Shown here one piece after another: positions 52,901-61,541 of a DNA stretch of 64,000 nucleotides (position 1 is the stretch's first letter; each line of letters starts with the position of its first letter). The position numbers and the translations under genes were made by a program. This DNA is from Candidatus Staskawiczbacteria bacterium (lineage in GTDB: Bacteria > Patescibacteriota > Minisyncoccia > Minisyncoccales > Staskawiczbacteraceae): assembly GCA_023245155.1 (NCBI GenBank), contig JAHFKV010000001.1, forward strand, positions 459,034 through 523,033, given 5' to 3'. The notes under the pieces were generated by a model, which saw only the letters and a list, made by a program, of their open reading frames with translations, ran no database searches and had not been told where the DNA came from.

Positions 52901-53920
52901 TGCATTACCGTTAGAGCTCGTTATAGGAACACCAGCCACTCCGGTAGAATTAACCGTAAGCGTGTAAGATGGCAGAGTGTTATTAAAGGTACACGTGGTT
53001 GTTTGCCCGGCTACAATATTTACTGCGGCGGGAGTTCCATTAGTACAGCTAGATGAATTAAATACCCACCCGCTCGGCATATTTTCTGTAACAGAATAGG
53101 TTCCTGCGGCCATGGTTAGGCTATTGGATCCCGTGCCGGAAAACGTTGTGACATTAATATTTGAAGGTGTGGGAAAAAGAGGGAAACTGAAAGTGGCATC
53201 CCCTCCGGTGGTATTTTTTCGTATTGTGAGAGTGCCTTGATTATTAACCACATTAAAGGGCAATGCATTACCAAATAAGTTAACAGGGTTAACGGCAGTC
53301 AGCATAAGTTGCCCAACTGTGGCCAGGTCTAAAACGGTTAGGGGTATTGTAAAATGGTTTGCATCCAGAAAAGTTCCTGCCCGGGTTGCTCCATTAACGA
53401 CGGCCTGGGTAGATGCCGTAAATGGACTATTGTCAGCAGTTGCCGTAACCTGTTGCGATGATGTTCCTTGAGGCGCTGATGATGGGCTTAAACTGATAAG
53501 ATGAGGGGTAATTCCAGCCGGATTTACGGTGAAATTCACAGCATTAGAAGTTCCTCCTCCGCCAACAATGGGCTCAGAGGCGTTTACAACCGTTACCGAA
53601 TAAGTCCCGACGGAGAGGATATTCATATTGCCAGCTGAAACTATCAAAGAAGTTGAAGTCCCTCCCGATGAAGAAAATTGAATTTGGAAACCCGGCTTAG
53701 TAAAAAATATTTGGGATGCTGATAAAAACCCTGTCCCATTAATGGTTACTCCTCCCACAGGAGCACTACTGAATATCATTGAGGCAGGATTAATACTGGA
53801 AATTGAGGGCGTTGGAGGTTGCGTCGGAGGTGGATTAAAAGCTGCTGCCTGGTTTGCGACTAAAAATAAGAATAAAAATCCTATTAAAATGGTAAATTTT
53901 TTGAAAATATTTTTATTCAT
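49931..53920 (-). CDS. Giant secreted surface protein: IPT/TIG-like domains, tandem Cys-bracketed Ig-like modules, InlB-B-repeat-like domain
   Basis: Signal peptide; at least 8 modules ending in C-T-[FIL]-[TSN]-[ND]; IPT-like PVITSIDPCGP...VNGSGF and PTITSIDPKS...VKGTNF; FVNWSGCDSS. Confidence 0.75.
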   Translation of the reverse strand: MNKNIFKKFTILIGFLFLFLVANQAAAFNPPPTQPPTPSISSINPASMIFSSAPVGGVTINGTGFLSASQIFFTKPGFQIQFSSSGGTSTSLIVSAGNMNILSVGTYSVTVVNASEPIVGGGGTSNAVNFTVNPAGITPHLISLSPSSAPQGTSSQQVTATADNSPFTASTQAVVNGATRAGTFLDANHFTIPLTVLDLATVGQLMLTAVNPVNLFGNALPFNVVNNQGTLTIRKNTTGGDATFSFPLFPTPSNINVTTFSGTGSNSLTMAAGTYSVTENMPSGWVFNSSSCTNGTPAAVNIVAGQTTTCTFNNTLPSYTLTVNSTGVAGVPITSSNGNAWGGNTNYPKPGIAAGTPVSLSAPANWGGLIFVNWSGCDSSSTVTCSVTMNANRTVMANYASTPPPNATIIVKKVMVNSVGSFSFTGNVAGTINVNNGTLSASVPAGVYASTEGTLAGQWTLNSISCDNGSSSGNLGTRTATFNVTSGQIVTCTFTNTYAGTSGPPTLKLAKNVVNTGGGTATAHSFIMQANGPPGAFSDWGDSTQFHTVVAGNTYNLAESGPSGYTAGSWSCPGGSLSGSDITLSNGQNITCTLTNTYNSTTSTASITLVKNTNGASGTFNFTLTGGNSSPTIPALNPASPNAYSDSTTISNIAPGTYSLNEVNIPSGFTLSSASCNPAKGSSKNGNSITGITLANNDNLTCTFNDYNYTTSNNPTLRLVKTVINTGGGTATAGDWTLTATSISGSFSDNGASANAHTVSAGVTYVLSESNIANYTAGSWSCDAGSLTSKNTVTFTNGQTATCTITNTYSPTATGSIKIVKNTPGNNSTLQFCFNVSGAATGNTCVTTSAGTGNATIPNLPAGTNYSVLETIPSGWTLNSASCDKGGTFTPGSAGPTGVTVGAGQTICTFSDSQSSGTKLNIVKNTSGTTNPGTFTFTVSGASTLSPSITTSGGTGTTGNMTVNPGAYTITEGIPNDWKFNDVDCGSASYTKASFGVSGLVIPAGQTITCTFSNSQQGQLKIIKKAIGGDGKFDYAYSPYTASITTVKGNGSAGPVWIDAGTINSIKESMPSGWTFSSVSCDKSYVADNANQQANNVTILGGQVTTCTFTNTKNPVITSIDPCGPNDTIIVNGSGFVSGATIYLTVNPGPFTHAIPTTFVSATELTGDISQENLGTYSVQVINPPNGSSSGASNSKTITIGDASSSKPTITSIDPKSADEGDPGFTLTVKGTNFVQDSVVNFKGNPKNTTYISDTKLTAEIPDSDIASAGTYNVTVTNPTDAGSGICQDETSDPAKFTVHAPSSSTTEPEQKHNNEFILPPENNDQQFY

Positions 53921-54004
53921 TTTATATTTTATAATGAGAAAATTATTAATTACATAATTTTACCATTTAAAAAATATGTCAACAATGTGGATAACTCTGG
54001 ATGC

Positions 54005-54481
54005 CTAAGCGCTTCCAATAAGTATTCCCGCCAAGAGCACTAAAAATCCGCCAAATACCACCTGCAGGACCGAAAGGGCGAAATTCATTTTAAAATAACG
54101 ATATCTGATATAGGCGATAACAATGAGTTCCAAACCAACTACGAAATACGCCAAATATAATGCTTGGTTAAGCTCGGCCAGAATAAAGGGAACGGTGTGT
54201 AAGATCCCGCCTAAAAAAGTCATAGCTCCGGTAATAAACCCGCGACGGAAAGGGTGCCCCCGGCCCGTATGTTCACCTGTATCAGAAAGAGCTTCGGCAA
54301 AACCCATTGAAATAGCCGCTCCAATAGCAGCTGATAATCCAATGAGCAAAGCAATGTGTGGGCTTTTAGTAGCAAAAGCCGCCGCAAATAGCGGTGCCAG
54401 AGTTGAAACCGAGCCATCCATTAGCCCTAAAAGTCCCGGTTGGATATATTGTAAAATGAGATTTCTATTATTTTCGTCCAT
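54005..54481 (-). CDS. VIT1/CCC1-family membrane protein (putative iron/manganese transporter), short form
   Basis: LLGLMDGSVSTLAPLFAAAFA and ISMGFAEALSD, with 4-5 TM helices. Confidence 0.6.
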   Translation of the reverse strand: MDENNRNLILQYIQPGLLGLMDGSVSTLAPLFAAAFATKSPHIALLIGLSAAIGAAISMGFAEALSDTGEHTGRGHPFRRGFITGAMTFLGGILHTVPFILAELNQALYLAYFVVGLELIVIAYIRYRYFKMNFALSVLQVVFGGFLVLLAGILIGSA

Positions 54482-54485
54482 TTGG

Positions 54486-54812
54486 TTATTTCACTAAGCT
54501 TCCTGGTGGAATTTCTTTATCCGGATGTAATACAACGGGCCCATCGGGTGAATCGGCGCATAGTATCATGCCCTGACTTTCCAATTCACCTAATTTTTTT
54601 GGTTCCAAATTAAATGCAAAAGGACAAAGCTTTCCGATTAACTGTTCAGGCGTATAAAATTTAGCTATACCAGCTAAAATTTGCCGTTTTTCAGTAGTAA
54701 AATCAACCTCTAATCTCAAAAGCTTATTAGAATCAGCTACTTTTTCAGCAGTTACAATTTTACCGATGCGAATATCTACTTTTTTGAAATCTTCGAAACT
54801 TATGTGGTTCAT
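54486..54812 (-). CDS. tRNA-binding domain protein (CsaA/Trbp111/EMAPII-like OB fold)
   Basis: FEDFKKVDIRIGKIVTAEKVADSNKLLRLEVDF...QILAGIAKFYTPEQLIGK. Confidence 0.8.
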   Translation of the reverse strand: MNHISFEDFKKVDIRIGKIVTAEKVADSNKLLRLEVDFTTEKRQILAGIAKFYTPEQLIGKLCPFAFNLEPKKLGELESQGMILCADSPDGPVVLHPDKEIPPGSLVK

Positions 54813-55965
54813 GGGGTTTATTATACGACATTATTGGGGGCGAGGGCAATTCTGGTAATTGTGAAATGGGAATAGTGGATCTTATCAGCCGCTCAATTTC
54901 CCGCACTTTAGATTTTTGATCTGGTTGCACAAAAGAAATGGCCCGGCCTGTCAATCCAGCCCGGCCCGTGCGGCCAATGCGATGCACATAATCCCCTGCT
55001 CCCTCTGGTAAATCATAATTTATTACCAATTCAATACCTTTGACATCAATGCCGCGGCTGGCAATGTCAGTAGCCACCAATACCCGGAACTTTCCCATTT
55101 TAAAACCATCAAGTGCCATGCGTCGTTGCCCTAAAGATCGGTTTGAATGAATTTCTGCTGCCGTGAAACCCTTGGCGTTTAAATTCCGGCAGATTTTTGT
55201 AGCGGCAAATTTAGTGCGGCAAAAGACCAGCACACTACCTTTGTATTCTTCCAGTAATTTTTCCAACAAAACACCCTTATTTTCTTTCTTAATGAAAAAT
55301 AATTCGTGTTCCACTTTTTCATTGGCGGTTCCGGGGCGGGCAATTTCCACGCGTACCGGTAACTTCATGTAGGTGGTGGCTATTTTAATAATAGCGTCGG
55401 GCATGGTAGCTGAAAACAGCATTGTCTGCCGTTCTTTGGGCAATGATAGTAAAATTTGCTTGATTTGCGGAGCAAAACCCATGTCCAGCATACAATCGGC
55501 TTCATCTAATACTAAAATAGAAACATTGCTTAAGTTCAGTGTTTTTCTCTTTAAATGGTCATTAATCCGACCCGGAGTTCCGATGTAAATGTGCGGGTTC
55601 TGACGAATAGAATTGACTTGAGGGTACATGGAAGCTCCGCCAATTAACACCGAAGTTTTCAAACCAAACGGCCTGCCAATTTTTTGTAGGGTTTCATTAA
55701 TTTGCAGGGCCAATTCACGAGTTGGTAAAATCACCAATCCTCTGCCCTTCTGGTTTGCCATTAAGCGCTGTAATAGCGGAATGCCAAAGGCCAGGGATTT
55801 TCCGGTTCCTGTTTGAGCGATGCCCACAACATCCTTTCCTTCAATGGCCACGGGAATGGCTTTATGCTGGATAGGCGTGGGAGTAACAAAATTTAGCTGT
55901 GTCAATACTTTTAAGATATTTTCACCAATGCCAAGATTAGTAAACATTTCAGAGTTTTGATTCAT
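54760..55965 (-). CDS. DEAD-box ATP-dependent RNA helicase
   Basis: Q-motif region, AQTGTGKS, VLDEADCMLDMGF, SAT and HRIGRTGRAG. The basic C-terminal tail overlaps the next gene by 53 nt. Confidence 0.9.
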   Translation of the reverse strand: MNQNSEMFTNLGIGENILKVLTQLNFVTPTPIQHKAIPVAIEGKDVVGIAQTGTGKSLAFGIPLLQRLMANQKGRGLVILPTRELALQINETLQKIGRPFGLKTSVLIGGASMYPQVNSIRQNPHIYIGTPGRINDHLKRKTLNLSNVSILVLDEADCMLDMGFAPQIKQILLSLPKERQTMLFSATMPDAIIKIATTYMKLPVRVEIARPGTANEKVEHELFFIKKENKGVLLEKLLEEYKGSVLVFCRTKFAATKICRNLNAKGFTAAEIHSNRSLGQRRMALDGFKMGKFRVLVATDIASRGIDVKGIELVINYDLPEGAGDYVHRIGRTGRAGLTGRAISFVQPDQKSKVREIERLIRSTIPISQLPELPSPPIMSYNKPHEPHKFRRFQKSRYSHR

Positions 55966-56033
55966 ACTTCTATTATATAATAAAAAATAACTAATGTCAA
56001 ATCAAAACAAAAACCGCCTTGCGGCGGCTTATA

Positions 56034-56318
56034 TTATTTCGGTCCCCACATCCACTTCGGGCTCTCCCCTGTTTTGTAACAAATGTATATCAATAACGCC
56101 ACAGCTAAGCCAATACTGGTGAAAAATACTATTTCATCGTTTTTAGTTTGGGAGCCGGCGTCAAACATAACCGCCTGGAAAAAAATAAAGGCAACAAAAA
56201 CGGCAATAATAACCCAGCCCTGCCACTTGGCGGGCGTCCATCCCCAACCGTACAGTTTGCGCTTAAACCAGTAACCTTCGGGGTTATATTTTATATATTC
56301 GATATATTTTTTGAACAT
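56034..56318 (-). CDS. Small membrane protein, hypothetical
   Basis: Two TM helices and a Trp-rich N-terminus. I recognise no family. Confidence 0.4.
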   Translation of the reverse strand: MFKKYIEYIKYNPEGYWFKRKLYGWGWTPAKWQGWVIIAVFVAFIFFQAVMFDAGSQTKNDEIVFFTSIGLAVALLIYICYKTGESPKWMWGPK

Positions 56319-56323
56319 AGATT

Positions 56324-57190
56324 TTAAACCGGTATTGCTGCTCGTAGCTTATGGCGGCGCCGCTTAATACATTTATTACAGCATACCACTTTCCTTGAAG
56401 GTCTTATAGAGTCGTCATTATAGAATTCTTCGCAAGGAGTCGCACAATAAATACACTTGGCAACAATTTCGCGGCCAGGTGTTTCAACCACCGGGGTGAC
56501 AATCCGGTTATCAAACACAAAGAGTGTTCCCTTAAAGTGTTTACCGGGGAACTTTTTCATATAGGTGTGGATCCCGTCTTTTAATTGGTAAATGTTTTTA
56601 AAACCTTTTTTCTTTAACAAGCACGTTCCCTTTTCGCACCGAATATCACCCGTACAGACCGTAATCACTTTCTTGTTTTTTAAATACTTAAGCTCTTTTA
56701 TTTTTGCGGGCAGTTCGCGGAAAAACCGTAAGCCCGGATTAACTGTTTTTTCAAAATATCCTGCTTTAATTTCATAATCATTACGTAAATCAAGCACCAC
56801 AAAATCCTCGTTTTTTTGGTACATTTTTTCCAGTTGCGCGGCGGTTACCATTTTACTGGTATTTTTTTTAACGTTTAAATCCCCCACTCCCAGTGTCACG
56901 GTTTCCGGCCGGGTCTTTACCATTAATTTAGTAAAAGCTTTTCCGTTGCCTTCGCTTTCCTTAAAGACCACGTTTTTGAACATGGTCTGTTTTCGCAAAG
57001 CTCTAATATAACCCTTAATGTCTTTGGCAGTTCCCTCAAAGGTGGCATTAACACCTTCGGGGGCAATTAGCATTCTGCCCTGCAAATTAAAATCGGCAGC
57101 AATCTTTTTGTGCCGGTCTCTGAACTTTTCAGGATTTTTAATTTTCGCAAACTTGTAGAAAAGTATTACGGTGTATGGCTCTTTTTTCAT
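56324..57190 (-). CDS. trhO: Rhodanese-domain protein of the UPF0176/TrhO family (tRNA U34 hydroxylase-like)
   Basis: YTVILFYKFAKI N-terminus and the rhodanese loop CTGDIRCEK. The start is set at the ATG at 57190, 4 nt after the upstream stop. Confidence 0.75.
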   Translation of the reverse strand: MKKEPYTVILFYKFAKIKNPEKFRDRHKKIAADFNLQGRMLIAPEGVNATFEGTAKDIKGYIRALRKQTMFKNVVFKESEGNGKAFTKLMVKTRPETVTLGVGDLNVKKNTSKMVTAAQLEKMYQKNEDFVVLDLRNDYEIKAGYFEKTVNPGLRFFRELPAKIKELKYLKNKKVITVCTGDIRCEKGTCLLKKKGFKNIYQLKDGIHTYMKKFPGKHFKGTLFVFDNRIVTPVVETPGREIVAKCIYCATPCEEFYNDDSIRPSRKVVCCNKCIKRRRHKLRAAIPV

Positions 57191-57194
57191 AGAT

Positions 57195-57974
57195 CTATTG
57201 TCCATCTGCGTGTTTCGCATTGAAAACTGAAAAATAATTATTCCACTTCTTTAATTTATTTTTTATTTCTACCCTACGCTTATTTGTAATTCTTGAAAAT
57301 AATGCTTCTTTTTCTCTTGGAGATAAATTAAAGATAATTCTTAATAATTTTGATGCAAGTATATTGTTTTGATTATTTATATGTTCAATAATATATTTTT
57401 TCCCGTGGATGTGGTATCGCAATCCAGCAATTTTTTCTTCTAAATAGGATGGCTGAGGATTAATTCTTAAAAAAACAAATGCATGAACTGATTTGGCCCC
57501 AACGCTTTTCAGATAACGAGTAGATCCATAAATTGCAGATGCTGTTGCGCACACGTCATCAATTAAAATGATGTTTTTACCCTTCAAGGATTTACCTTGA
57601 TAATATAAAGATTTTTTAATAGCAGCCCTCCTTTGCGACGGACTACATTGAGAATACGAAATCTTTTTGAATATATTTTTTTGCCCTAAATAAATCCTTG
57701 ATATCTTTAATTTTTGAGAAATAATATCTGCTATGACATCGGCGGGAGCAGGACTGATAATAGATGGATGACTCACTACAGCCCAACCCTTAGTTTCCTT
57801 TTTTATCCTGGGCAAAACGCGAAAAATCTTTTTTATTATCTCATCGGCAGCAAACGTAATTTTTTCTTTGTTACCAAGTTTAATATCAGAAACCGTCCTG
57901 CAAAGCAGTGAGTTTGAATGGACAATTCCGCTGGTATGTTTTTTGCAAAATACTAATCTAGCTTTTTGCGTCAT
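57195..57974 (-). CDS. Type I phosphoribosyltransferase-fold protein (ComF-like) with a C-terminal extension
   Basis: The PRPP-binding loop is NIILIDDVCATASAI. The N-terminal region has spaced Cys/His residues. Confidence 0.6.
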   Translation of the reverse strand: MTQKARLVFCKKHTSGIVHSNSLLCRTVSDIKLGNKEKITFAADEIIKKIFRVLPRIKKETKGWAVVSHPSIISPAPADVIADIISQKLKISRIYLGQKNIFKKISYSQCSPSQRRAAIKKSLYYQGKSLKGKNIILIDDVCATASAIYGSTRYLKSVGAKSVHAFVFLRINPQPSYLEEKIAGLRYHIHGKKYIIEHINNQNNILASKLLRIIFNLSPREKEALFSRITNKRRVEIKNKLKKWNNYFSVFNAKHADGQ

Positions 57975-58068
57975 GGCAAGTAGTGGGAGTTTACGTAGCA
58001 GGATTCATAGTATTATGTGAGTCTACCAGATTTTATGCAAATGAAAAGACCGGCTGTATAATTATTTT

Positions 58069-58308
58069 TTAACAATAATATGAAACAAATGCCAAGACTT
58101 CATTTCTCCTTTTCCAGTTGGAGCCATAACTTCTTCTTCTTGAAAATACAATTCCTTGTAATAGAAGGTAGATGCTGTCATTTAAGGCTACTGCGCCCAA
58201 ATCAAGGGCAGCGTGTTTGTTTCCTACAAATGCAAGCGCCTTGACCAATAGCGGCCTGGGTGGTTTCCCTTTCAGGCGCCGATAATATTCTTCCCAATTG
58301 TCATTCAT
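58069..58308 (-). pseudogene. Probable remnant of a class I SAM-dependent methyltransferase
   Basis: ALDLGAVALNDSIYLL resembles a degraded motif I (LDLGCG.G.DS..L). The ORF ends after 79 aa with a non-homologous tail. Confidence 0.3.
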
Positions 58309-58309
58309 G

Positions 58310-58675
58310 TCACTTTTTCTTTTTAGGTTTTACCCCGCCCGTAGGCCTAGCCTTCGGGCTACGGCTGAGGGGCAGTGGCACATTATCTGCTGTATCGCGA
58401 ATAAAATTACTGAGCCATTCCCTATCTTCCCACTTTTCTTCGGGTATTAATAAATAGTTTTTAGCTCCCGGGTACGGTGGCGCGTTGTGACTTGAGTCTA
58501 AATATTTATCAGAAATGGGCGTAATTTTTACAAAAATATTATCATCGCACACCAGGCCCACGATTTTTTCGTTGCAATATAATCCATATTCACCAAACAT
58601 AGGCCGCGCCCGCATGTGGCCGGCATCAGCCATTTGTTCTAAAAAGTATTGTATGTTTTCTTTACTGGTTGGCAT
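58310..58675 (-). CDS. TfoX N-terminal domain protein
   Basis: ARPMFGEYGLYCNEKIVGLVCDDNIFVK is typical of the TfoX_N family. The C-terminus is basic. Confidence 0.7.
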   Translation of the reverse strand: MPTSKENIQYFLEQMADAGHMRARPMFGEYGLYCNEKIVGLVCDDNIFVKITPISDKYLDSSHNAPPYPGAKNYLLIPEEKWEDREWLSNFIRDTADNVPLPLSRSPKARPTGGVKPKKKK

Positions 58676-58699
58676 ACTAAAATTTCATATCCCCGCATG

Positions 58700-59476
58700 C
58701 TATTTTTTCGGTTTTACTAAGAAAGACTTTGATTTTCTGTTATATGATGCTATTTCTTGAGCTTCTAAACTTGAATGACTTTCCAAAAATTCATTGAATG
58801 ATTTATATTCGCCCATGCCTTTTACATCCAAATCGTTTAATTTCCAATCGTCAAAACATAAAATCGCTTCCTCGGTCAAAAGTGGCCCTACAAAATCAAG
58901 TACAGCTTTTGATGAACTGTACGTGTCACAGTCAATAAATACGATGCCAATTTTCTTTATTTTATATTTTTCAATAGTTTCTTTATTCAATGTGTCTTGA
59001 TACCAGCCTTTTATCCAGTTAACATCATTGGGATTTACATTATTTCTCTGCAAACACTCTTGCATTTTTTCAAATGAACAAGCATAAAATCCTTTTTTCC
59101 AAACGCCATCATCCTCTTTTTCTGCACCAGCTGGTAAACCTTCAAAGGCATCAAAACCAAAAAACCTGCTATTAATTCCAAGCCTTTTTACTGTTACATA
59201 CATACTTGCAAGTGATGAACCGTTAAAAATACCAAACTCAAGGTAATCCCCTATTTCTCTTCCCTTAATAGCTTGTAATTTTAAAATGCAATCGGCAAAA
59301 AATATTTTTAAATTTTCTGGTGGTACCAAATGCACACTGCAAATATCTTTAACTGCTCCTAGGGTGTAAGGTGACTTTGGTACTGGAAAAAACTTTCTGT
59401 ATACTATTTTTCCCATTCTCTGAATGGTATTATATCTAAAGTTCATATTTTTATCGCATAATAATTTATACTCCAA
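58700..59476 (-). CDS. TylF/MycF-family class I SAM-dependent O-methyltransferase
   Basis: GDYLEFGIFNGSS, FGFDAFEGLP and FIDCDTYSS. Confidence 0.7.
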   Translation of the reverse strand: MEYKLLCDKNMNFRYNTIQRMGKIVYRKFFPVPKSPYTLGAVKDICSVHLVPPENLKIFFADCILKLQAIKGREIGDYLEFGIFNGSSLASMYVTVKRLGINSRFFGFDAFEGLPAGAEKEDDGVWKKGFYACSFEKMQECLQRNNVNPNDVNWIKGWYQDTLNKETIEKYKIKKIGIVFIDCDTYSSSKAVLDFVGPLLTEEAILCFDDWKLNDLDVKGMGEYKSFNEFLESHSSLEAQEIASYNRKSKSFLVKPKK

Positions 59477-60047
59477 ACTGCTTTTTAATTTCCGCCATTT
59501 TGGCGGGGTCTAATTTGGCTTCCAAGAATCTGATTTTTAGTTCCGGTTCACCAAATTCATCGCCTAAAACCATTTCAAAAAATTCATCAAAGCTTACCAA
59601 AAGCAAATCTATTTTTTCTGCGCCGTCCAACTCTTGTTCAGCTATTTTACGACATCCTTTAGCGATGAAAGTGTATATGACCCATTCCATTTTGCTCACC
59701 GGCTGGAAGGCGTCGAACAGGGCCCACTCCTTTGCTTCATGTCCCGTTTCTTCCAGTAATTCTCTTTTTGCAGCTTCTAAAGGGTCTTCGCCTTCGTCTA
59801 TTCTACCGCCAACTAATCCAAGAGAAGATTCTTTACCCGGCTGTTCTTCTCTGGCCAGAATAATTTTCCCTTCTTCTGTGACAGAAATAACCATGGCAGT
59901 ATCTGGCCTTTTTACCTTTTCAAATGTTCTCATTTTCCCGTCGTAGCCTAGCAATTCCCACTGATACACATCAAAAATTACACCTGTAAATACTTTCTTG
60001 GCGTTTTCCGGCAACGGCTGGTTTGAAGTAGGTTTTTTAATTTGCAT
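59466..60047 (-). CDS. Nudix hydrolase (ADP-ribose pyrophosphatase-like)
   Basis: Nudix box GGRIDEGEDPLEAAKRELLEETG. The N-terminal beta region is like NudF-type enzymes. Confidence 0.8.
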   Translation of the reverse strand: MQIKKPTSNQPLPENAKKVFTGVIFDVYQWELLGYDGKMRTFEKVKRPDTAMVISVTEEGKIILAREEQPGKESSLGLVGGRIDEGEDPLEAAKRELLEETGHEAKEWALFDAFQPVSKMEWVIYTFIAKGCRKIAEQELDGAEKIDLLLVSFDEFFEMVLGDEFGEPELKIRFLEAKLDPAKMAEIKKQFGV

Positions 60048-60074
60048 GAATTCTAATTATTTTTTCATTTACAA

Positions 60075-61202
60075 TTATACTGCATCCATAAATTCATCAA
60101 AACCATTACCATCGAATATTTTTATTTTAGCATTTCCCCATTTTTTTGAAATTCTTTGAAATGCCGAATATTTACCAGTATCCGAAAAAGCGCTCTTCAT
60201 GTCAACTAAAATAATTTCTTTATTTAGAAAATCTAGACTGCTCAGATTATCTATAAATGCCTCATCCCCAAAATTATATCCGATTGATATTATTAAGTTA
60301 GAATTTTTTATCTTCCTTTTTGCCAGCTCTAATTGCTCCTGGAAAAAAACATTTTCTGGGTTTATTGAGGCGTGAATTGGTATCAACATAAGCGGAAAAT
60401 CAAAGTGAGATACGGGTTGTATTTTTTTCTCACTAGTCATAATTTGTTGATATGAGTAAAAGTTTGGTTTTTTTTGACGAAGACCAATGATTCGCAAAAA
60501 GTCTTTTGAGGAACTCTTGTCGCTCATCATTTTCGAAAATAGTGCGTGAGTAGTATGTGTCTTCTGGTCAGTTTCAATAAAAGGTTTTCTAAAGATATAT
60601 CGAAAATTAATACTTCCATGCATTTTTACAATCGCGGGAATTAGGCCAGTGTAACTCTTGGAACTATTGAATTCTCTTTCTGTGGTGTCTCTATCCGCTA
60701 TTAGGTAGGATTTTTCTAAAATTGTATCATAATTAAAAGACAAGCATGACCAGCGCCCTTTACCATATAGGCTCCACATAAGATTAATGATGGTTCTATA
60801 ATTATTGGTTGAATCAGTAATAACGTCTTCTGATGCTAGAAAAAAAATATCTTCTAAATACTGAAGAAACCTACCGAAAAGATTATCTTCTTTGTTTTGC
60901 GCATAGAAAGAACTAAGATATCTCTCTAAATCATTTTCATAATTACGCAAATCTCTAGTGTAATCACTTTTATTATTTTTTATAAAAATATTTTCAGGCC
61001 GATTAATAACTTGATTAACAACGTTATTGGAATCATTAAATAAATCTCTAACTACTGGTGGCTTGTAAAAGTGTTCTTTTGAATATCCGTAAGAAGCGCC
61101 AGCACCAAAAATAAGACATGCTTGACTATTTGGTTTACTTGCAGAGTCCCTAATTAACTTTTTTAATTCTTCGCCCTGGATTAAAATATTTTCTTCCGTC
61201 AT
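60075..61202 (-). CDS. SIR2-like domain protein (SIR2_2 type, stand-alone)
   Basis: CLIFGAGASYG (Rossmann GAGxS), SFNYDTILE, VKMHGSINF (catalytic His region) and SIGYNFGDE. AT-rich gene. Confidence 0.7.
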   Translation of the reverse strand: MTEENILIQGEELKKLIRDSASKPNSQACLIFGAGASYGYSKEHFYKPPVVRDLFNDSNNVVNQVINRPENIFIKNNKSDYTRDLRNYENDLERYLSSFYAQNKEDNLFGRFLQYLEDIFFLASEDVITDSTNNYRTIINLMWSLYGKGRWSCLSFNYDTILEKSYLIADRDTTEREFNSSKSYTGLIPAIVKMHGSINFRYIFRKPFIETDQKTHTTHALFSKMMSDKSSSKDFLRIIGLRQKKPNFYSYQQIMTSEKKIQPVSHFDFPLMLIPIHASINPENVFFQEQLELAKRKIKNSNLIISIGYNFGDEAFIDNLSSLDFLNKEIILVDMKSAFSDTGKYSAFQRISKKWGNAKIKIFDGNGFDEFMDAV

Positions 61203-61453
61203 TTAGAGTGATTAATTTCAATTATTTTAACTTTCTCTTCTCTGCTCAACCGCTTTAAATCCCTCTCCCGCTTGCGCGCGGCGGAATAGGTTTTGAAAAC
61301 CTGTGAATATTTTAGCTTAACCGGCCTTCTGATTTTCGTATAATGCGCGCCGGATTTTAAGTGATTATGCGCATGCAACCGTTTTTCTAAATTATTCGTG
61401 CTGCCCACGTAAAATGTGCCATCTTTGCACTTCAAAATATACACGTAAAACAT
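61199..61453 (-). CDS. GIY-YIG nuclease superfamily protein (84 aa)
   Basis: MFYVYILKCKDGTFYVGSTNNLEKRLHAHN. There is a 4-nt ATGA-type overlap with the SIR2-like gene. Confidence 0.8.
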   Translation of the reverse strand: MFYVYILKCKDGTFYVGSTNNLEKRLHAHNHLKSGAHYTKIRRPVKLKYSQVFKTYSAARKRERDLKRLSREEKVKIIEINHSK

Positions 61454-61541
61454 TGATTAAATATAGCACTTTGCACGAATCTTTCAATAAAATCGTTGCA
61501 TTTAGCATTTTTTTTGTATAATATTTAATAATGATAATTTT

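Noticed and set aside
27588-53920. Possible CRISPR array or nucleotide tandem repeats suggested by the recurring CTITN/CTFTN protein motif.
   Set aside because: The recurrence is at the protein-module level inside continuous ORFs. No regularly spaced identical DNA repeats with unique spacers were seen anywhere in the window.
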